IMG/VR virus record: IMGVR_UViG_3300036713_000599
DNA length: 64,000 bases
Reading direction: 5' to 3' (one strand)
DNA from: a virus
Lineage: Duplodnaviria > Caudoviricetes
Below the pieces are notes generated by a model, which saw nothing but the letters and a program-made list of their open reading frames with translations, searched no databases and had not been told where the DNA came from. The translations under genes were made by a program, and so were the position numbers. Shown here piece after piece: positions 18,334 to 28,191 of the stretch (within the stretch, counting starts at the first letter, position 1; the number at the start of each line of letters is the position of its first letter).

Positions 18334-19017
18334 ATGGAGTGCGGTATGGCTGCAGGATATATCATTCCCATTGACCCCAACGAGCTTGCAAATCGATTCC
18401 CGTCATACGACCCCCGTGAAGAAGAGGACGAGGACGAGATTCCTGAAGAGTGTCAGGTGTCTGCTGAGGATATGTTGGAATTTCTTGGGGTCGGTGATGA
18501 TTTTGGGGAGCGCGTGGTCCCGTTACTCGACCGAATCCCGGAGAGGGAGGCAGACCTGATCGACTTGTACTTTACCAGGAGAAAAAAGCAGGCAGACATT
18601 GCTATTATGTTCGGTATCACACAGGCGGCTGTGAGTTATCGACTGGATCGAGGTATCCAGCGAATTAAGTTCTTGTTATCCATTCCCGATGTAACAGAAG
18701 AAGACCTTCGGCGGGACTTGCCTGACATTTTTCCACTGAAGGCGAAAGAAACTCGAAATATTGATGTAGATATACTCGTCGGCATGTGGGAGACCACTTG
18801 TCAGTCTGAGGTTGCCGCACGATTAGAGTTGACTCAGGGTAGGGTTCGTCACAGATTTTTTAAGGCTGTCAAGGCCCTCGAAGAGGCAGCCGGGAAGGAC
18901 TCCAGGTTCTCCCCGTATTTTCAAATCTTTTCGGCAATAGCTGGAAAAAACTTTAATATACTCAAAGAGGTGAAGCTCCCTCAGTGGGTTAACCGCGGGA
19001 TAGACGAGTGTGTGTAG
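18334..19017 (+). CDS. Protein with two sigma70 region-4-like HTH domains
   Basis: LDRIPEREADLIDLYF...KQADIAIMFGITQAAVSYRL and CQSEVAARLELTQGRVRHRF; no region 2 is recognisable. Confidence 0.7.
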   Translation: MECGMAAGYIIPIDPNELANRFPSYDPREEEDEDEIPEECQVSAEDMLEFLGVGDDFGERVVPLLDRIPEREADLIDLYFTRRKKQADIAIMFGITQAAVSYRLDRGIQRIKFLLSIPDVTEEDLRRDLPDIFPLKAKETRNIDVDILVGMWETTCQSEVAARLELTQGRVRHRFFKAVKALEEAAGKDSRFSPYFQIFSAIAGKNFNILKEVKLPQWVNRGIDECV

Positions 19018-19171
19018 TGCTTCGTGGTGGTGTGCAGGTCTAATTTCTTTATGGGCTCTCAAGGACACACGAAACAGTCTCTTCATAGAACTTTAGGTTG
19101 GGCCTTGCTTCCTAGTGGTATCCATTGGGATGGTTTTTACTTATACCCGTGGATAAGCGGAGATCAATACC

Positions 19172-20074
19172 TTGTCTGCTGCCAACATTCGCTACCAAGA
19201 CTACCAGTACCAGCACCAGCTCGCCACAGGCAGTTGGCGCTGGACTACGCGTATGGACGTGTCGGGGTCTACGCCTTTGTACAGCGTTCGGGATATCGTC
19301 AGCCCTTATGGGATTTTGAGGGACTCTATTCCCATTCCTGGAGACGTGGTCGAGGCGATGAGTTCGTCCATCACCGAGATCCAGGCGAATTTCCCGCCGT
19401 CGATTCTAATCGGGCCTCCCTCTTCTCTCACCTTTGACGTAGACGAAGGTCGGGGGTACAGTTTACCTCAAGAGGTCGTGCTTACGAACGACGGGGTTTT
19501 CGGCTCTTTGTTGGGCTCATCTCTCGCGGCGTCGGCTACGTATGTCTCGGTTAGTCCTGCTAATGTGGGGAACCTTGCTGTAAATGAATCAGGTTCGTTC
19601 GAGGTGTCTGTTAATTCGACGGATCTTATAAACGCGAACAGCCCCTACATTGAGTCTGTTGTTATCCAGGACGCGAATGCGTCTAACACACCACAATCTC
19701 TGCCTGTGACTATCAATGTTCGGCCCAAGGCTACCATCTACGTGTCTCCAGTAGTACTGGCTTTCTCGGTCACGGCGCCGGTTACCGGACCATTCCCTCC
19801 AATTCCGAGTCAGCAGCTCACTGTCGAGAATACAGGGCCGGCTGACTCCGTCCTTGATTTCCAAATCCAAAGGTTGACTGGCCTTTCTGACGACTGGCTG
19901 TCTGGCTTTTCGCCTGCTTCGGGTACCCTGGTCTCCGGCGGCACTCAGGTGGCTAATGTTACGTGTGCTCCGGTTGTGGGTTTGGCCAGGGGAACATATA
20001 CGGAGGCACTTCGGGTTAGCGGGTACAGCTCTAATTCGTACGTTGATGTCCTCGTTCAGCTAGTGATTTCGTAG
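19172..20074 (+). CDS. Virion protein with two BACON/Ig-like domains
   Basis: Repeated VSP..L.F....Q.L.V.N.G....L...W L....P.SG.L...V.V pattern; TTG start after GGAGA. Confidence 0.65.
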   Translation: MSAANIRYQDYQYQHQLATGSWRWTTRMDVSGSTPLYSVRDIVSPYGILRDSIPIPGDVVEAMSSSITEIQANFPPSILIGPPSSLTFDVDEGRGYSLPQEVVLTNDGVFGSLLGSSLAASATYVSVSPANVGNLAVNESGSFEVSVNSTDLINANSPYIESVVIQDANASNTPQSLPVTINVRPKATIYVSPVVLAFSVTAPVTGPFPPIPSQQLTVENTGPADSVLDFQIQRLTGLSDDWLSGFSPASGTLVSGGTQVANVTCAPVVGLARGTYTEALRVSGYSSNSYVDVLVQLVIS

Positions 20075-20082
20075 GAGCCTGC

Positions 20083-20370
20083 ATGAGTAATTTCAAACTG
20101 AGAAACATCGAAACTGGCGGAGCTACTGGCATGGACGCCCTTTTCGCCAATGAGCCTCAGATCATTAGTCCGGTCGGAGAATCGAAGCCGTCTCCGGCTC
20201 CTAGGCGAATTAAGGTTGCGTCCCTCTCTGGCCTAAAGGGTTTTACACGTGTGGCGTCGGACACTCTTGTGAACAAGGCCACGAATGACTTGTGGGCTCT
20301 TCGTGAGGAGGACGGCGCCTTTTTCATTGAACGCTTATTCCAAGACGACGGTCAACCGCTGAAGGGCTAA
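20083..20370 (+). CDS. Small hypothetical head-associated protein
   Basis: SD AGGAG; contains IKVASL and TRVASD motifs. Confidence 0.6.
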   Translation: MSNFKLRNIETGGATGMDALFANEPQIISPVGESKPSPAPRRIKVASLSGLKGFTRVASDTLVNKATNDLWALREEDGAFFIERLFQDDGQPLKG

Positions 20371-20375
20371 CGGTC

Positions 20376-21608
20376 ATGGGCACCTCGGCGAAAACAGCAG
20401 CTTCCAATAACGAGCCTCGCCAGGCTGAGAAGCGGGATATCCCCAAGGATCATCCATTTGACTCGAAGTCCCTAAAGCCGATGTCTAAGACATTGTGGGC
20501 TTGTAGTGTCGCTTTGGGACACGCTCTTACAGCGTACAGGCACTTTACGAGGCTTAAGTCTGCTACTGTTAGTCCGGACGGTCGGTTGGGTGGAAAGGGG
20601 TATATCCGTGAAATTCCTCAGGTCCGTAGGGATCTTTACGATGTTTGTGAGAAGCTTAGTGCTATTTCTGACACCCTTTTTGACGAGATCAGCGCACCTC
20701 ACTGGAAACCAAAGCTCGCCCTTTTAGACGACAATGAGCAAGAAGACGTCGAAAGGTTCATCGAAGAGTCTAAGAGTGTGCTCGATAATCCCGAAGGAGA
20801 GGTCGAGGAAGAGATTCTGGAAATTGAGCAGGAGAACGATACCAAGTCAGAGCTTCCTGGCGGAGGTGATGTTCCAACCGAGGCACCGTCGAAGGAGACT
20901 ATGAAGCAGGCGTCTGTCGAGGGAGTCTTGTCCCATTTCTTGGGCGAGGCTGCGGGCTCTGACGCCCAAACGGGCGGGCCTCGTGTAGACAACCGTGACC
21001 CTATGGGTGGCGACGGCCCCCACGGTTCATTCAATCCACAGGAAGACGCGACCAGTGACGACTGGGGGCTCGAAGGTGTGCGTGAGTACGACTATAAGGG
21101 TAGCGATATAGTCATTGCTGCCCAACAGTGGGCTCAGACAGTTCTCCCGTTTGACGATACTCCGACTGAGGCATGGGACTGGGGCCTCGGTTACGGTGCC
21201 CGAGGCCAAGGGGCTGGCAACTACGCCAACCCTTCTGGCGAGGGTGGTGGGAAAGGTATTTGGGGGCCCCGCAGCGGGCTTCCTGGTGACTTTCCTCAGT
21301 CCTCGGGAGACTCGGTCGCTCCTGTAGTCGATGTGAGCCTCAATGGGCGCAGGAGCGAGGCTGGGCTTCCAGGGGATGGTGATGACCCTGTGGCTCGCAG
21401 AGACGAGTACGAAGGAGCTAAGGGAAATCTTGTGCAGGCATCCGAGGAGTGGGCACGATCGCTTCCGGACGACATTTTGGCACTCGAAGAAACCGACACA
21501 GGCGTTGATACTGACATAGGCGTCGACACCGACACTGGTTACGTTTACGAGGATCTCTCAACCTCATGGATGCCACTGACGGCCCCTGGGACAACGAGGA
21601 CAGAGTAA
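20376..21608 (+). CDS. Hypothetical protein: helical N-domain plus acidic G/P/D-rich tail
   Basis: 410-aa ORF in the operon; KTAAS and KQASV sites bracket the folded part. Confidence 0.65.
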   Translation: MGTSAKTAASNNEPRQAEKRDIPKDHPFDSKSLKPMSKTLWACSVALGHALTAYRHFTRLKSATVSPDGRLGGKGYIREIPQVRRDLYDVCEKLSAISDTLFDEISAPHWKPKLALLDDNEQEDVERFIEESKSVLDNPEGEVEEEILEIEQENDTKSELPGGGDVPTEAPSKETMKQASVEGVLSHFLGEAAGSDAQTGGPRVDNRDPMGGDGPHGSFNPQEDATSDDWGLEGVREYDYKGSDIVIAAQQWAQTVLPFDDTPTEAWDWGLGYGARGQGAGNYANPSGEGGGKGIWGPRSGLPGDFPQSSGDSVAPVVDVSLNGRRSEAGLPGDGDDPVARRDEYEGAKGNLVQASEEWARSLPDDILALEETDTGVDTDIGVDTDTGYVYEDLSTSWMPLTAPGTTRTE

Positions 21609-23608
21609 TGGCAGGCGAACTTGGCGACATCGGCGGCTTCTTTAGGGAAGGCGGGGCCATCAATCTGGATTGGTTGGACGTGGACGAGGAGGAGTACCGG
21701 AAGCTCGATCGGCTTCCGAAGCAAAACCTCGACATTGTTCCTGATCTTGAGGCACAGTGGCGCCATGACGACACGCCCGCTTCCAGGCTTGTTCCGAATA
21801 CAGGGGGACCAAAAACAATGGTGGATCTCGGGCCTTCTGGACCTGTTCGGGAGGTCCCGGAGGATCTTGTCCGCGCGGCCCGTCTTATCATGGTGCGTAC
21901 GCATGACGCGAGGGCCATCTATGCGGCTCTGACTAGTCGATTTGATGCAGACACTCTTAAGCGATCAGCTTCTGTTTTAAGGCCGGTTTTGGCCGAAAGA
22001 GGACTACTCGGTGGTTTGTATGTGTATGCTTCCGATTTTCCGGACTGTGCTAATTCAAATACCAAGAAGTCCTCTGTGTTTGTGCGCAAGTATGCCCCTG
22101 GTGCTAAGTTTGTTATAGCCAAGAAGTCTTGCGTGGAATGTGTCCACAGACAAACCCTCCCTGATCGAACATCTCGCTGTGGTGTTTTTCACAAACAGGT
22201 GCTTGTGAAAGTGCCTTATTCCGATGAGCTTGCGGAATCTGTTGAGAAGTCACAGGAAGCTAAAGGTGTTACGGCTTCAGAGAAGTCGTCTGATCCGAAG
22301 CGTCGTATCCAACTCGCTATTCTAGGGCAGTCGCGTAATGCTTCGACTTTTACAGGTCGGTTGCAGCCTAAGCCCAAGAAACCTCTAGATAAGGTAGCGT
22401 CGGGGCAGATTCTTGCTGCGTCGGCTCAGCTTGCTAAGGAGAAGGAGACCAGTGCGGCGAAAAGTCTTGCTTCCGCTAAGGCCAGGCCTATTATTTCCCT
22501 TCTTCGTCGAGAGATGATCAAGGGTCGTGGTGAGGCGGAACTGGTACATTCTCTTAAACTTGCTTTCGGTAAGGAGGACCTTCAAGCTCTTCGGCATCAG
22601 TGGGAGCCCGTGTATCGTGAGGCTGGACTCTATGGGGCGGTCTATATCACACAAGGTAGTTTTAGTGATTGTCGTGTGGGTGCCGAATTTCTCAGTAAGC
22701 ACAGATCGAAGGTTCGTGCCGTTGTTGCTGGAGATAAGTGTTCCGGTTGTATTTTTGCTAAGGTCGGTCGGTGTCTTATGTACGGGCGTAAGCTTGTTGC
22801 TCGGAAAGAAGACATTCTCACGACTGAGACAGTGGCTGCCGTCATCGACGAGCATAAAATGGCTGGACATTTGCCAGCGTCTGTCGTAGCAGACGGTCAC
22901 CAGAAGTGGGGCTCGTCGCCCGCTGAACAGCTTAAGGCCATTCACAGGGTGGCTACGAATATTCAACCGACTGCTATGGCACCAGGGTTCCGAGGAGCCG
23001 TCGAGAGAGGGTTTTATGGTGGCCCTGGCGAGCAAATGACGAGCGACCTGACCAAGCGTGATATAGTCTTTGCGGCCAAACGGTACATGAACGAGGGGCT
23101 CTACGGTTCACAGTTGGCGACGGTTCTTAAGGGTCGCTTTGAAACTAGAGATCTGGCCGCCGCTAAAGAGGAACTGGCTGAGGCCCTCGCGGAGCAGGGG
23201 CTTCAAGGCATTAAGTACGTTGATCCTTCAGTTTATCCCGATTACGGGCATGGTTGTGCGACGGCTTCTCGATTGCTCCGACCTAGGGCGGCCGTTAAGT
23301 TCGCTAAGGTTGGCTCAGCTTGTGCCAGCTGTGTTCATCAGTCAATGCCGGGCGTGTGCTCTGTGTTGAATAAGCAGCTTGTGGAGGAACCGCCTTATGT
23401 GGATAAAGCTGCTGAACAGAAAGCCGTTTTGGAGTCCGGTAAGTCTACCGAAGTTAGGTTCGACCAGCTCACGCACAACGGCCTCTCTATGATGGAAGAG
23501 TACGAGCTTCAGCGTTCTGCTTCGGCGGCGTATACCATCGATCTGAATGCTCCTGGTGAGGCCCTTGATGTGGACATTGAGTTTGGGAACCAGGAGATTA
23601 AGTTGTGA
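21608..23608 (+). CDS. Protein with three internal Cys4 repeats
   Basis: The unit E.GL.G..Y.....(F/Y).DC ... C..C.(H/F) ... C....K.L occurs three times; start overlaps the upstream TAA (TAATG). Confidence 0.7.
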   Translation: MAGELGDIGGFFREGGAINLDWLDVDEEEYRKLDRLPKQNLDIVPDLEAQWRHDDTPASRLVPNTGGPKTMVDLGPSGPVREVPEDLVRAARLIMVRTHDARAIYAALTSRFDADTLKRSASVLRPVLAERGLLGGLYVYASDFPDCANSNTKKSSVFVRKYAPGAKFVIAKKSCVECVHRQTLPDRTSRCGVFHKQVLVKVPYSDELAESVEKSQEAKGVTASEKSSDPKRRIQLAILGQSRNASTFTGRLQPKPKKPLDKVASGQILAASAQLAKEKETSAAKSLASAKARPIISLLRREMIKGRGEAELVHSLKLAFGKEDLQALRHQWEPVYREAGLYGAVYITQGSFSDCRVGAEFLSKHRSKVRAVVAGDKCSGCIFAKVGRCLMYGRKLVARKEDILTTETVAAVIDEHKMAGHLPASVVADGHQKWGSSPAEQLKAIHRVATNIQPTAMAPGFRGAVERGFYGGPGEQMTSDLTKRDIVFAAKRYMNEGLYGSQLATVLKGRFETRDLAAAKEELAEALAEQGLQGIKYVDPSVYPDYGHGCATASRLLRPRAAVKFAKVGSACASCVHQSMPGVCSVLNKQLVEEPPYVDKAAEQKAVLESGKSTEVRFDQLTHNGLSMMEEYELQRSASAAYTIDLNAPGEALDVDIEFGNQEIKL

Positions 23609-23985
23609 ACAGGATCACGGCTCGTGTCGTAGCTCGTTACCTCCTTGCCGGCCAGCAGCCGGGGCAGCGTCAACGTATTCGTGAAATGGCCAGGCCTATC
23701 AATAAACCGGAAGGTGTTGACCTCAGTGTGATCGAGGACGAGGGTCGGTCTAAAAGTGAGGGAGATGATACCACTAAACCAGACAAGAACGACATAACAC
23801 CGCGAGACTTATTTTATCCGCCGCTTCCTAAGAATACGGGTGTTCGCAATTTCGCTGAAACTGGAAAAGATCTCTCGGATACTACAGGGATCGAGAAAGA
23901 TAAAGGTTACGAGACGGTCGACAGTCTCAGTCAATACTTGATCAGAACAGAGGGTGGGGGAGAAGGTGGGCCGGAAGGGGTGTAG
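23605..23985 (+). CDS. Hypothetical protein with N-terminal RVVARYL leader
   Basis: GTGA overlap with the upstream stop; begins MNRITARVVARYL. Confidence 0.65.
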   Translation: MNRITARVVARYLLAGQQPGQRQRIREMARPINKPEGVDLSVIEDEGRSKSEGDDTTKPDKNDITPRDLFYPPLPKNTGVRNFAETGKDLSDTTGIEKDKGYETVDSLSQYLIRTEGGGEGGPEGV

Positions 23986-23987
23986 CT

Positions 23988-24635
23988 ATGGCAAATACAG
24001 CTATTACTGACGAAAAAGCTAGTGCGATTCTCGACGAACTTGAGGAGGCAGAGGCGTCTGACCCTGTTGAGCCCAGCGAGCATACTAAGCAGGTTGAGAA
24101 AACGGCTGCAGTGGTGCCTATTCAGACGGCCCCCAAGCGACGGAGAATGGCACCCCTCAAGGTGGATCGGCGTCCAGACTGGGATGCTGTCGAATACCAT
24201 CGTGAGATGCTGAAATGTCAGGCGGAGTTGTCCGACAATAGCGAAGTCGTCAAGGCTATCAGAGCGGATGCGTCCTCCCTCACTAAGCTGCGGGCGCTTC
24301 AAGAACAGATTGCTATGGCAGCGTCTAGTTTGGAGTTCCAGCAATGGGAGCTTCAAAAGCGTCGTAGCTCAGCTAAAGACACGGCTCAGATTATATCTCG
24401 GCGTATCTCGGCCCTCAAAGAGGTTGCGAACATTGAGCGAGAGATCTCTCAGTTTAGTGCCTCGACCTTGAATCTTAGGGATGAACGCCTTCAGAGGATT
24501 TTTGCTATGTTCCTTGAGGTGTTCCGTGATATACTGAACGAGACTTTGCCTGATGAACAGTTCGATCTTATCTGGAACAAGCTGGAAACTGCATTGGAGG
24601 GGTGGGAAAATAAGGCCGACGAGATACTGAGGTAG
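23988..24635 (+). CDS. Putative terminase small subunit
   Basis: All-helical 215-aa protein immediately upstream of TerL (positional inference). Confidence 0.5.
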   Translation: MANTAITDEKASAILDELEEAEASDPVEPSEHTKQVEKTAAVVPIQTAPKRRRMAPLKVDRRPDWDAVEYHREMLKCQAELSDNSEVVKAIRADASSLTKLRALQEQIAMAASSLEFQQWELQKRRSSAKDTAQIISRRISALKEVANIEREISQFSASTLNLRDERLQRIFAMFLEVFRDILNETLPDEQFDLIWNKLETALEGWENKADEILR

Positions 24636-24638
24636 CTT

Positions 24639-27600
24639 GTGGTCGAAAAACGCAACAAGGGTGTAGCCTCGTTAGTTCGGACTGTCGGCCGTGAGGCTAA
24701 GCGGTCTCAGTCCAAGGTCGATTCGAGCGGGGCTCCCAAAATATTTTCGATTCTCGACTACATTGAGGCTCCTTGGGGAATTGGTATGAGCCTGTTCCCT
24801 GCCCAGAGGGTCATTGTTAAACTGTACTACAATTTGCCTCTTGACGAGAAATTACCTGAAGAGGACCATCGTCAGATTAAGATACGGGACATGTTCGGTG
24901 AGAAAGTTCTGTACACTCTCACTGAACGTGAGTACTTGACCTATTTGTATAACGAAGGTCGATGTAACATTGGTGAGCAGGACCACATGCGTCGAGAGTT
25001 GGTCCTTGCAGTCGGTCGCCGTAGCGGGAAATGTGTGTGCCATGATTCTTTGGTTTTGACGGACAAAGGGGTGTTCCAAATTGGTGATTTGGCTGAAGCT
25101 CATGAGGATGACTTTTCGTCATTTGATGTGGGAGTGGTCCAAGAGAAAAGTCGTCGAGCCAGGTCTACTCATTTCTATAATGGTGGCGTGAGGCCGATTT
25201 TTTGTGTGAAAAGCGAGTCTGGTTATTCTATTAAGGGTACAGGGAATCATCGCGTCCGAGTCATGTCCAAGTCAGGCCAGGTGGTGTGGAAGTACCTGGA
25301 CGACATCCGACCTGGTGACTATCTAGCGATCAACAGAACTACGGATCTGTGGGCCTCGGATCTTGTGGATCTTAGGCCATTCCATGACGTGGTTGGCTGC
25401 GAGGAATCGAGCCTGCCCGACCTTTTTGATGAAAAGTGGGGCCGCTTTTTTGGCTACTTGGTGGGTGACGGTAGCTGGAACTACAGTGAGAATCCTGAGA
25501 CACGAGAACGTCTCGGTGAGTTGTATGGTACCCTTTTCGGACTCCATTCGACCTGTACGGGTAAGGGGGTGGAGAATGCCAGGTGTGTTCGGTTTGACGG
25601 TGTGTACCAGTTCTTGGCTAGTCTTGGGTGGGTGGCTGGCTGTGAACGACATGCTAGGACGGTTCCTTGGGCAGTTCTTCGTTCTCCGAGGCATGTTGTG
25701 TGTGCCTTTCTGCGAGGGCTTTTTGAGACAGGCGGCTCAGTGGAGAGCGGGGGAAAACGTATTACATTTTCGACGGCTAGTTTTCGCCTAGTCCGTGAAG
25801 TACAGACCCTTCTTTTGAATCTAGGGATTGTTTGCAGTAGGCGGGTTCGTGAGACTGGTGGGTATCGTGCCGTCCTGAGTGTAAAAGGTTTGAGGTCGCG
25901 GCAACGGTTCGCTAAGTTTGTTGGATTTGACTCTAAGAAGAAACAAGACTTGTTGCTCGAAGCTCTTGAGTGCGCCCAGGAAGGGAATCCAGGTACTGTT
26001 GTGCCTCACCAGCACACAAGAGCCCGGGATTTACTGAATTCAGTCCCACGACTTGAGGGCAACAAGTCGTGCAGACGTCGCCATCTTCGACAAGCCCTCG
26101 GTAGTGTGATTGAGCCTGGTTCGGGTGGAGGCTCGACCTACTCTCGGATGTACGCAGTTGTCGAGGTAGCTAAAGAGCAGGGCGCTGGGAGGCGGGAGAT
26201 TGCCCATTTCGAAGAACTGCTTCATCAAGACTATTTTTTCGATCCTGTGGTATCCGTCGAAGAAGGGGAGGATCAGGTATACGATTTGGTTGTACCTGAC
26301 GGGAAGTCTTTTGTGGCAAATGGTCTAACCAACCACAACACAGCCCTTTCCGGTATTTTCGCAAGTTACGAGGTCTACAGGCTACTCAACTTGTACAACC
26401 CTCAGGAGTACTTTGGGCTGCCGAACGGTAACCGTATTCAGCTTATCAGTATTGCTACGGATAAGGACCAGGCAGGGTTGTTGTTCAATGAAGTGACTAG
26501 CCACATAGCGAAATGTGACTATTTTGCTCCCTACCTTGCGAGTAATACACAGGGTTGGGTAAACTTTCGTACACCGTACGACATCGAGAAATACGGCCCA
26601 AATATTCGACAGGAGGACGGTAAGTTTGTATCCCTCAACGGGAAAGCGTCTTTAAGGGTCACGTTCAAATCTTGTATCGCTAAAGGGCTTCGTGGATCGG
26701 GCAACATTGTCATTATTCTCGATGAGGTCGCCCATTTTCTAGACAAGGGCGGTAGCTCTGCAAAAGAGATCTACGAAGCGGTGACACCCTCGAAGGCTGC
26801 TTTTTCTAGGAAGGACCCCAAAACTAAACGTGCGTGGGTCGATCCAGATACAGGCGAGGTGGCCCCTGTTGAGTCCCGAGTTATTTTGATCTCTAGCCCG
26901 CTCGGCAAGTCAGGTAAATTTTACGAGAAGTTCCAACAGGCTATGGGTGGAGGTGAGGGTTCAGAAAATATTCTCGCCATCCAGGCCCCCACTTGGGAGG
27001 TCAACCCTACCGTTCCTTCGAGCGCCTTTCGGGAGGCGTATCACGCTGACCCTCATACGTATGCTACTGAATATGGGGCTAATTTCAGTGATCAGTCTGT
27101 TGGGTGGATTGAGCGGCAGGGAGATCTTCTGGCGTGTGTTGATCCCGAAAGAAGGCCTCTTTTGCGGGGGCGCCCTAGGGCACCTCATCAGATGGGTATC
27201 GATGTTGGGCTTGTGGACGACGGCACTGCTGTCGTCATTACTCATATTGAAGACGACAAGGTTGTCCTCGACTATCACGAGATATGGTATGCGGGAAAGG
27301 ATTGGCGGGAAACAAATCCGCATTTGGGTTCGAACTTTACGACGGATTATGCTAAGACTCTCAGTGACGTGGAGCGTTTGGACTTCGACGCCATTGCTGA
27401 CTGGATCTCTACCCTGTGTTCTCGTTTCCATATCACAGCTGGACTATTCGATCGGTGGAACGGTATTCCACTTGAGCAGACATTGCATAAGCGAGGACTT
27501 AAGCAATTTAATGCCCAATTCTTTACCAGAGACGCCACCTCTAAGCTTTTTCAGACGACCAAACTCATGATGTTTGACGAATGTTTGGATTTTTATGACT

Positions 27601-27956
27601 ATCCTGTCCCGGAGACAGGCCCCGAAGACGAACGGCACTCGGGCCTTATTCGAGAGCTTTTCTCTCTCCAGTCTAAGCAGATCAGTAAGAATGTTGTCGT
27701 CGTGGAGGCCCCGAAGCGGCGTGGGGCACACGATGACATGAGCGATGCTTTAGTCAGAAGTATTTGGTTGAGTGTGGAGGCCATGCTTAACTCCAAGCAT
27801 GCCTCTAGGGGACGTTCCAGTACGAATCGACTTCGTACTGTTTCTGCCATGACTCCGTCAAGATATCAAGCGATTAGGTCGAGACGTCGCGGTAGAGGAG
27901 ATCGTGTAGCTCCGACACCTCGATCGTTTGTCAGGGGAGGTTTTCGTGGCACATAA
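24639..27956 (+). CDS. Terminase large subunit containing an intein
   Basis: After intein removal: Walker A GRRSGK|T, Walker B IVIILDEVAH, ISSP motif, RNase H nuclease MGIDVG and HDDMSDA. Confidence 0.92.
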   Translation: MVEKRNKGVASLVRTVGREAKRSQSKVDSSGAPKIFSILDYIEAPWGIGMSLFPAQRVIVKLYYNLPLDEKLPEEDHRQIKIRDMFGEKVLYTLTEREYLTYLYNEGRCNIGEQDHMRRELVLAVGRRSGKCVCHDSLVLTDKGVFQIGDLAEAHEDDFSSFDVGVVQEKSRRARSTHFYNGGVRPIFCVKSESGYSIKGTGNHRVRVMSKSGQVVWKYLDDIRPGDYLAINRTTDLWASDLVDLRPFHDVVGCEESSLPDLFDEKWGRFFGYLVGDGSWNYSENPETRERLGELYGTLFGLHSTCTGKGVENARCVRFDGVYQFLASLGWVAGCERHARTVPWAVLRSPRHVVCAFLRGLFETGGSVESGGKRITFSTASFRLVREVQTLLLNLGIVCSRRVRETGGYRAVLSVKGLRSRQRFAKFVGFDSKKKQDLLLEALECAQEGNPGTVVPHQHTRARDLLNSVPRLEGNKSCRRRHLRQALGSVIEPGSGGGSTYSRMYAVVEVAKEQGAGRREIAHFEELLHQDYFFDPVVSVEEGEDQVYDLVVPDGKSFVANGLTNHNTALSGIFASYEVYRLLNLYNPQEYFGLPNGNRIQLISIATDKDQAGLLFNEVTSHIAKCDYFAPYLASNTQGWVNFRTPYDIEKYGPNIRQEDGKFVSLNGKASLRVTFKSCIAKGLRGSGNIVIILDEVAHFLDKGGSSAKEIYEAVTPSKAAFSRKDPKTKRAWVDPDTGEVAPVESRVILISSPLGKSGKFYEKFQQAMGGGEGSENILAIQAPTWEVNPTVPSSAFREAYHADPHTYATEYGANFSDQSVGWIERQGDLLACVDPERRPLLRGRPRAPHQMGIDVGLVDDGTAVVITHIEDDKVVLDYHEIWYAGKDWRETNPHLGSNFTTDYAKTLSDVERLDFDAIADWISTLCSRFHITAGLFDRWNGIPLEQTLHKRGLKQFNAQFFTRDATSKLFQTTKLMMFDECLDFYDYPVPETGPEDERHSGLIRELFSLQSKQISKNVVVVEAPKRRGAHDDMSDALVRSIWLSVEAMLNSKHASRGRSSTNRLRTVSAMTPSRYQAIRSRRRGRGDRVAPTPRSFVRGGFRGT
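25032..26339 (+). mobile_element. Intein (436 aa) with LAGLIDADG endonuclease domain, inserted in the TerL Walker A
   Basis: Begins CVCHDSLV directly after GRRSGK; block B TGNHRV; LAGLIDADG-like GYLVGDG and FLRGLFETGG; ends VYDLVV...FVANGLTNHN with Thr at +1. Confidence 0.93.
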
Positions 27957-28191
27957 AACTCCGCTCACCTTTGCCGACAAGTCAATTCGTCAATTCGCTG
28001 ATAACATGTTTGGTGAATCTCTCATGATTCTGCCGGCCGACTATCTGTTGATGCGCACAGTGTTTCGTCATTTGAGGGGTACATGGGAGGCCGTGTTTGT
28101 CGGTGACGTGAAGCAGGTGGGTCTCCTTAGCAAGGTTGTTCAGACTTGGGGGAATAACAAGAAGGATCAGCGAAAGATACAGGTGGCTTGA
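27946..28191 (+). CDS. Small hypothetical protein
   Basis: GTG at 27946 after GGGAGG; its stop overlaps the next start. Confidence 0.5.
   Translation: MAHKTPLTFADKSIRQFADNMFGESLMILPADYLLMRTVFRHLRGTWEAVFVGDVKQVGLLSKVVQTWGNNKKDQRKIQVA

Noticed and set aside
19024-19437. 137-aa + strand ORF at the early/late boundary
   Set aside because: It overlaps the BACON gene by 266 nt in another frame and has no SD or motif; a short real peptide from ATG 19051 cannot be excluded.
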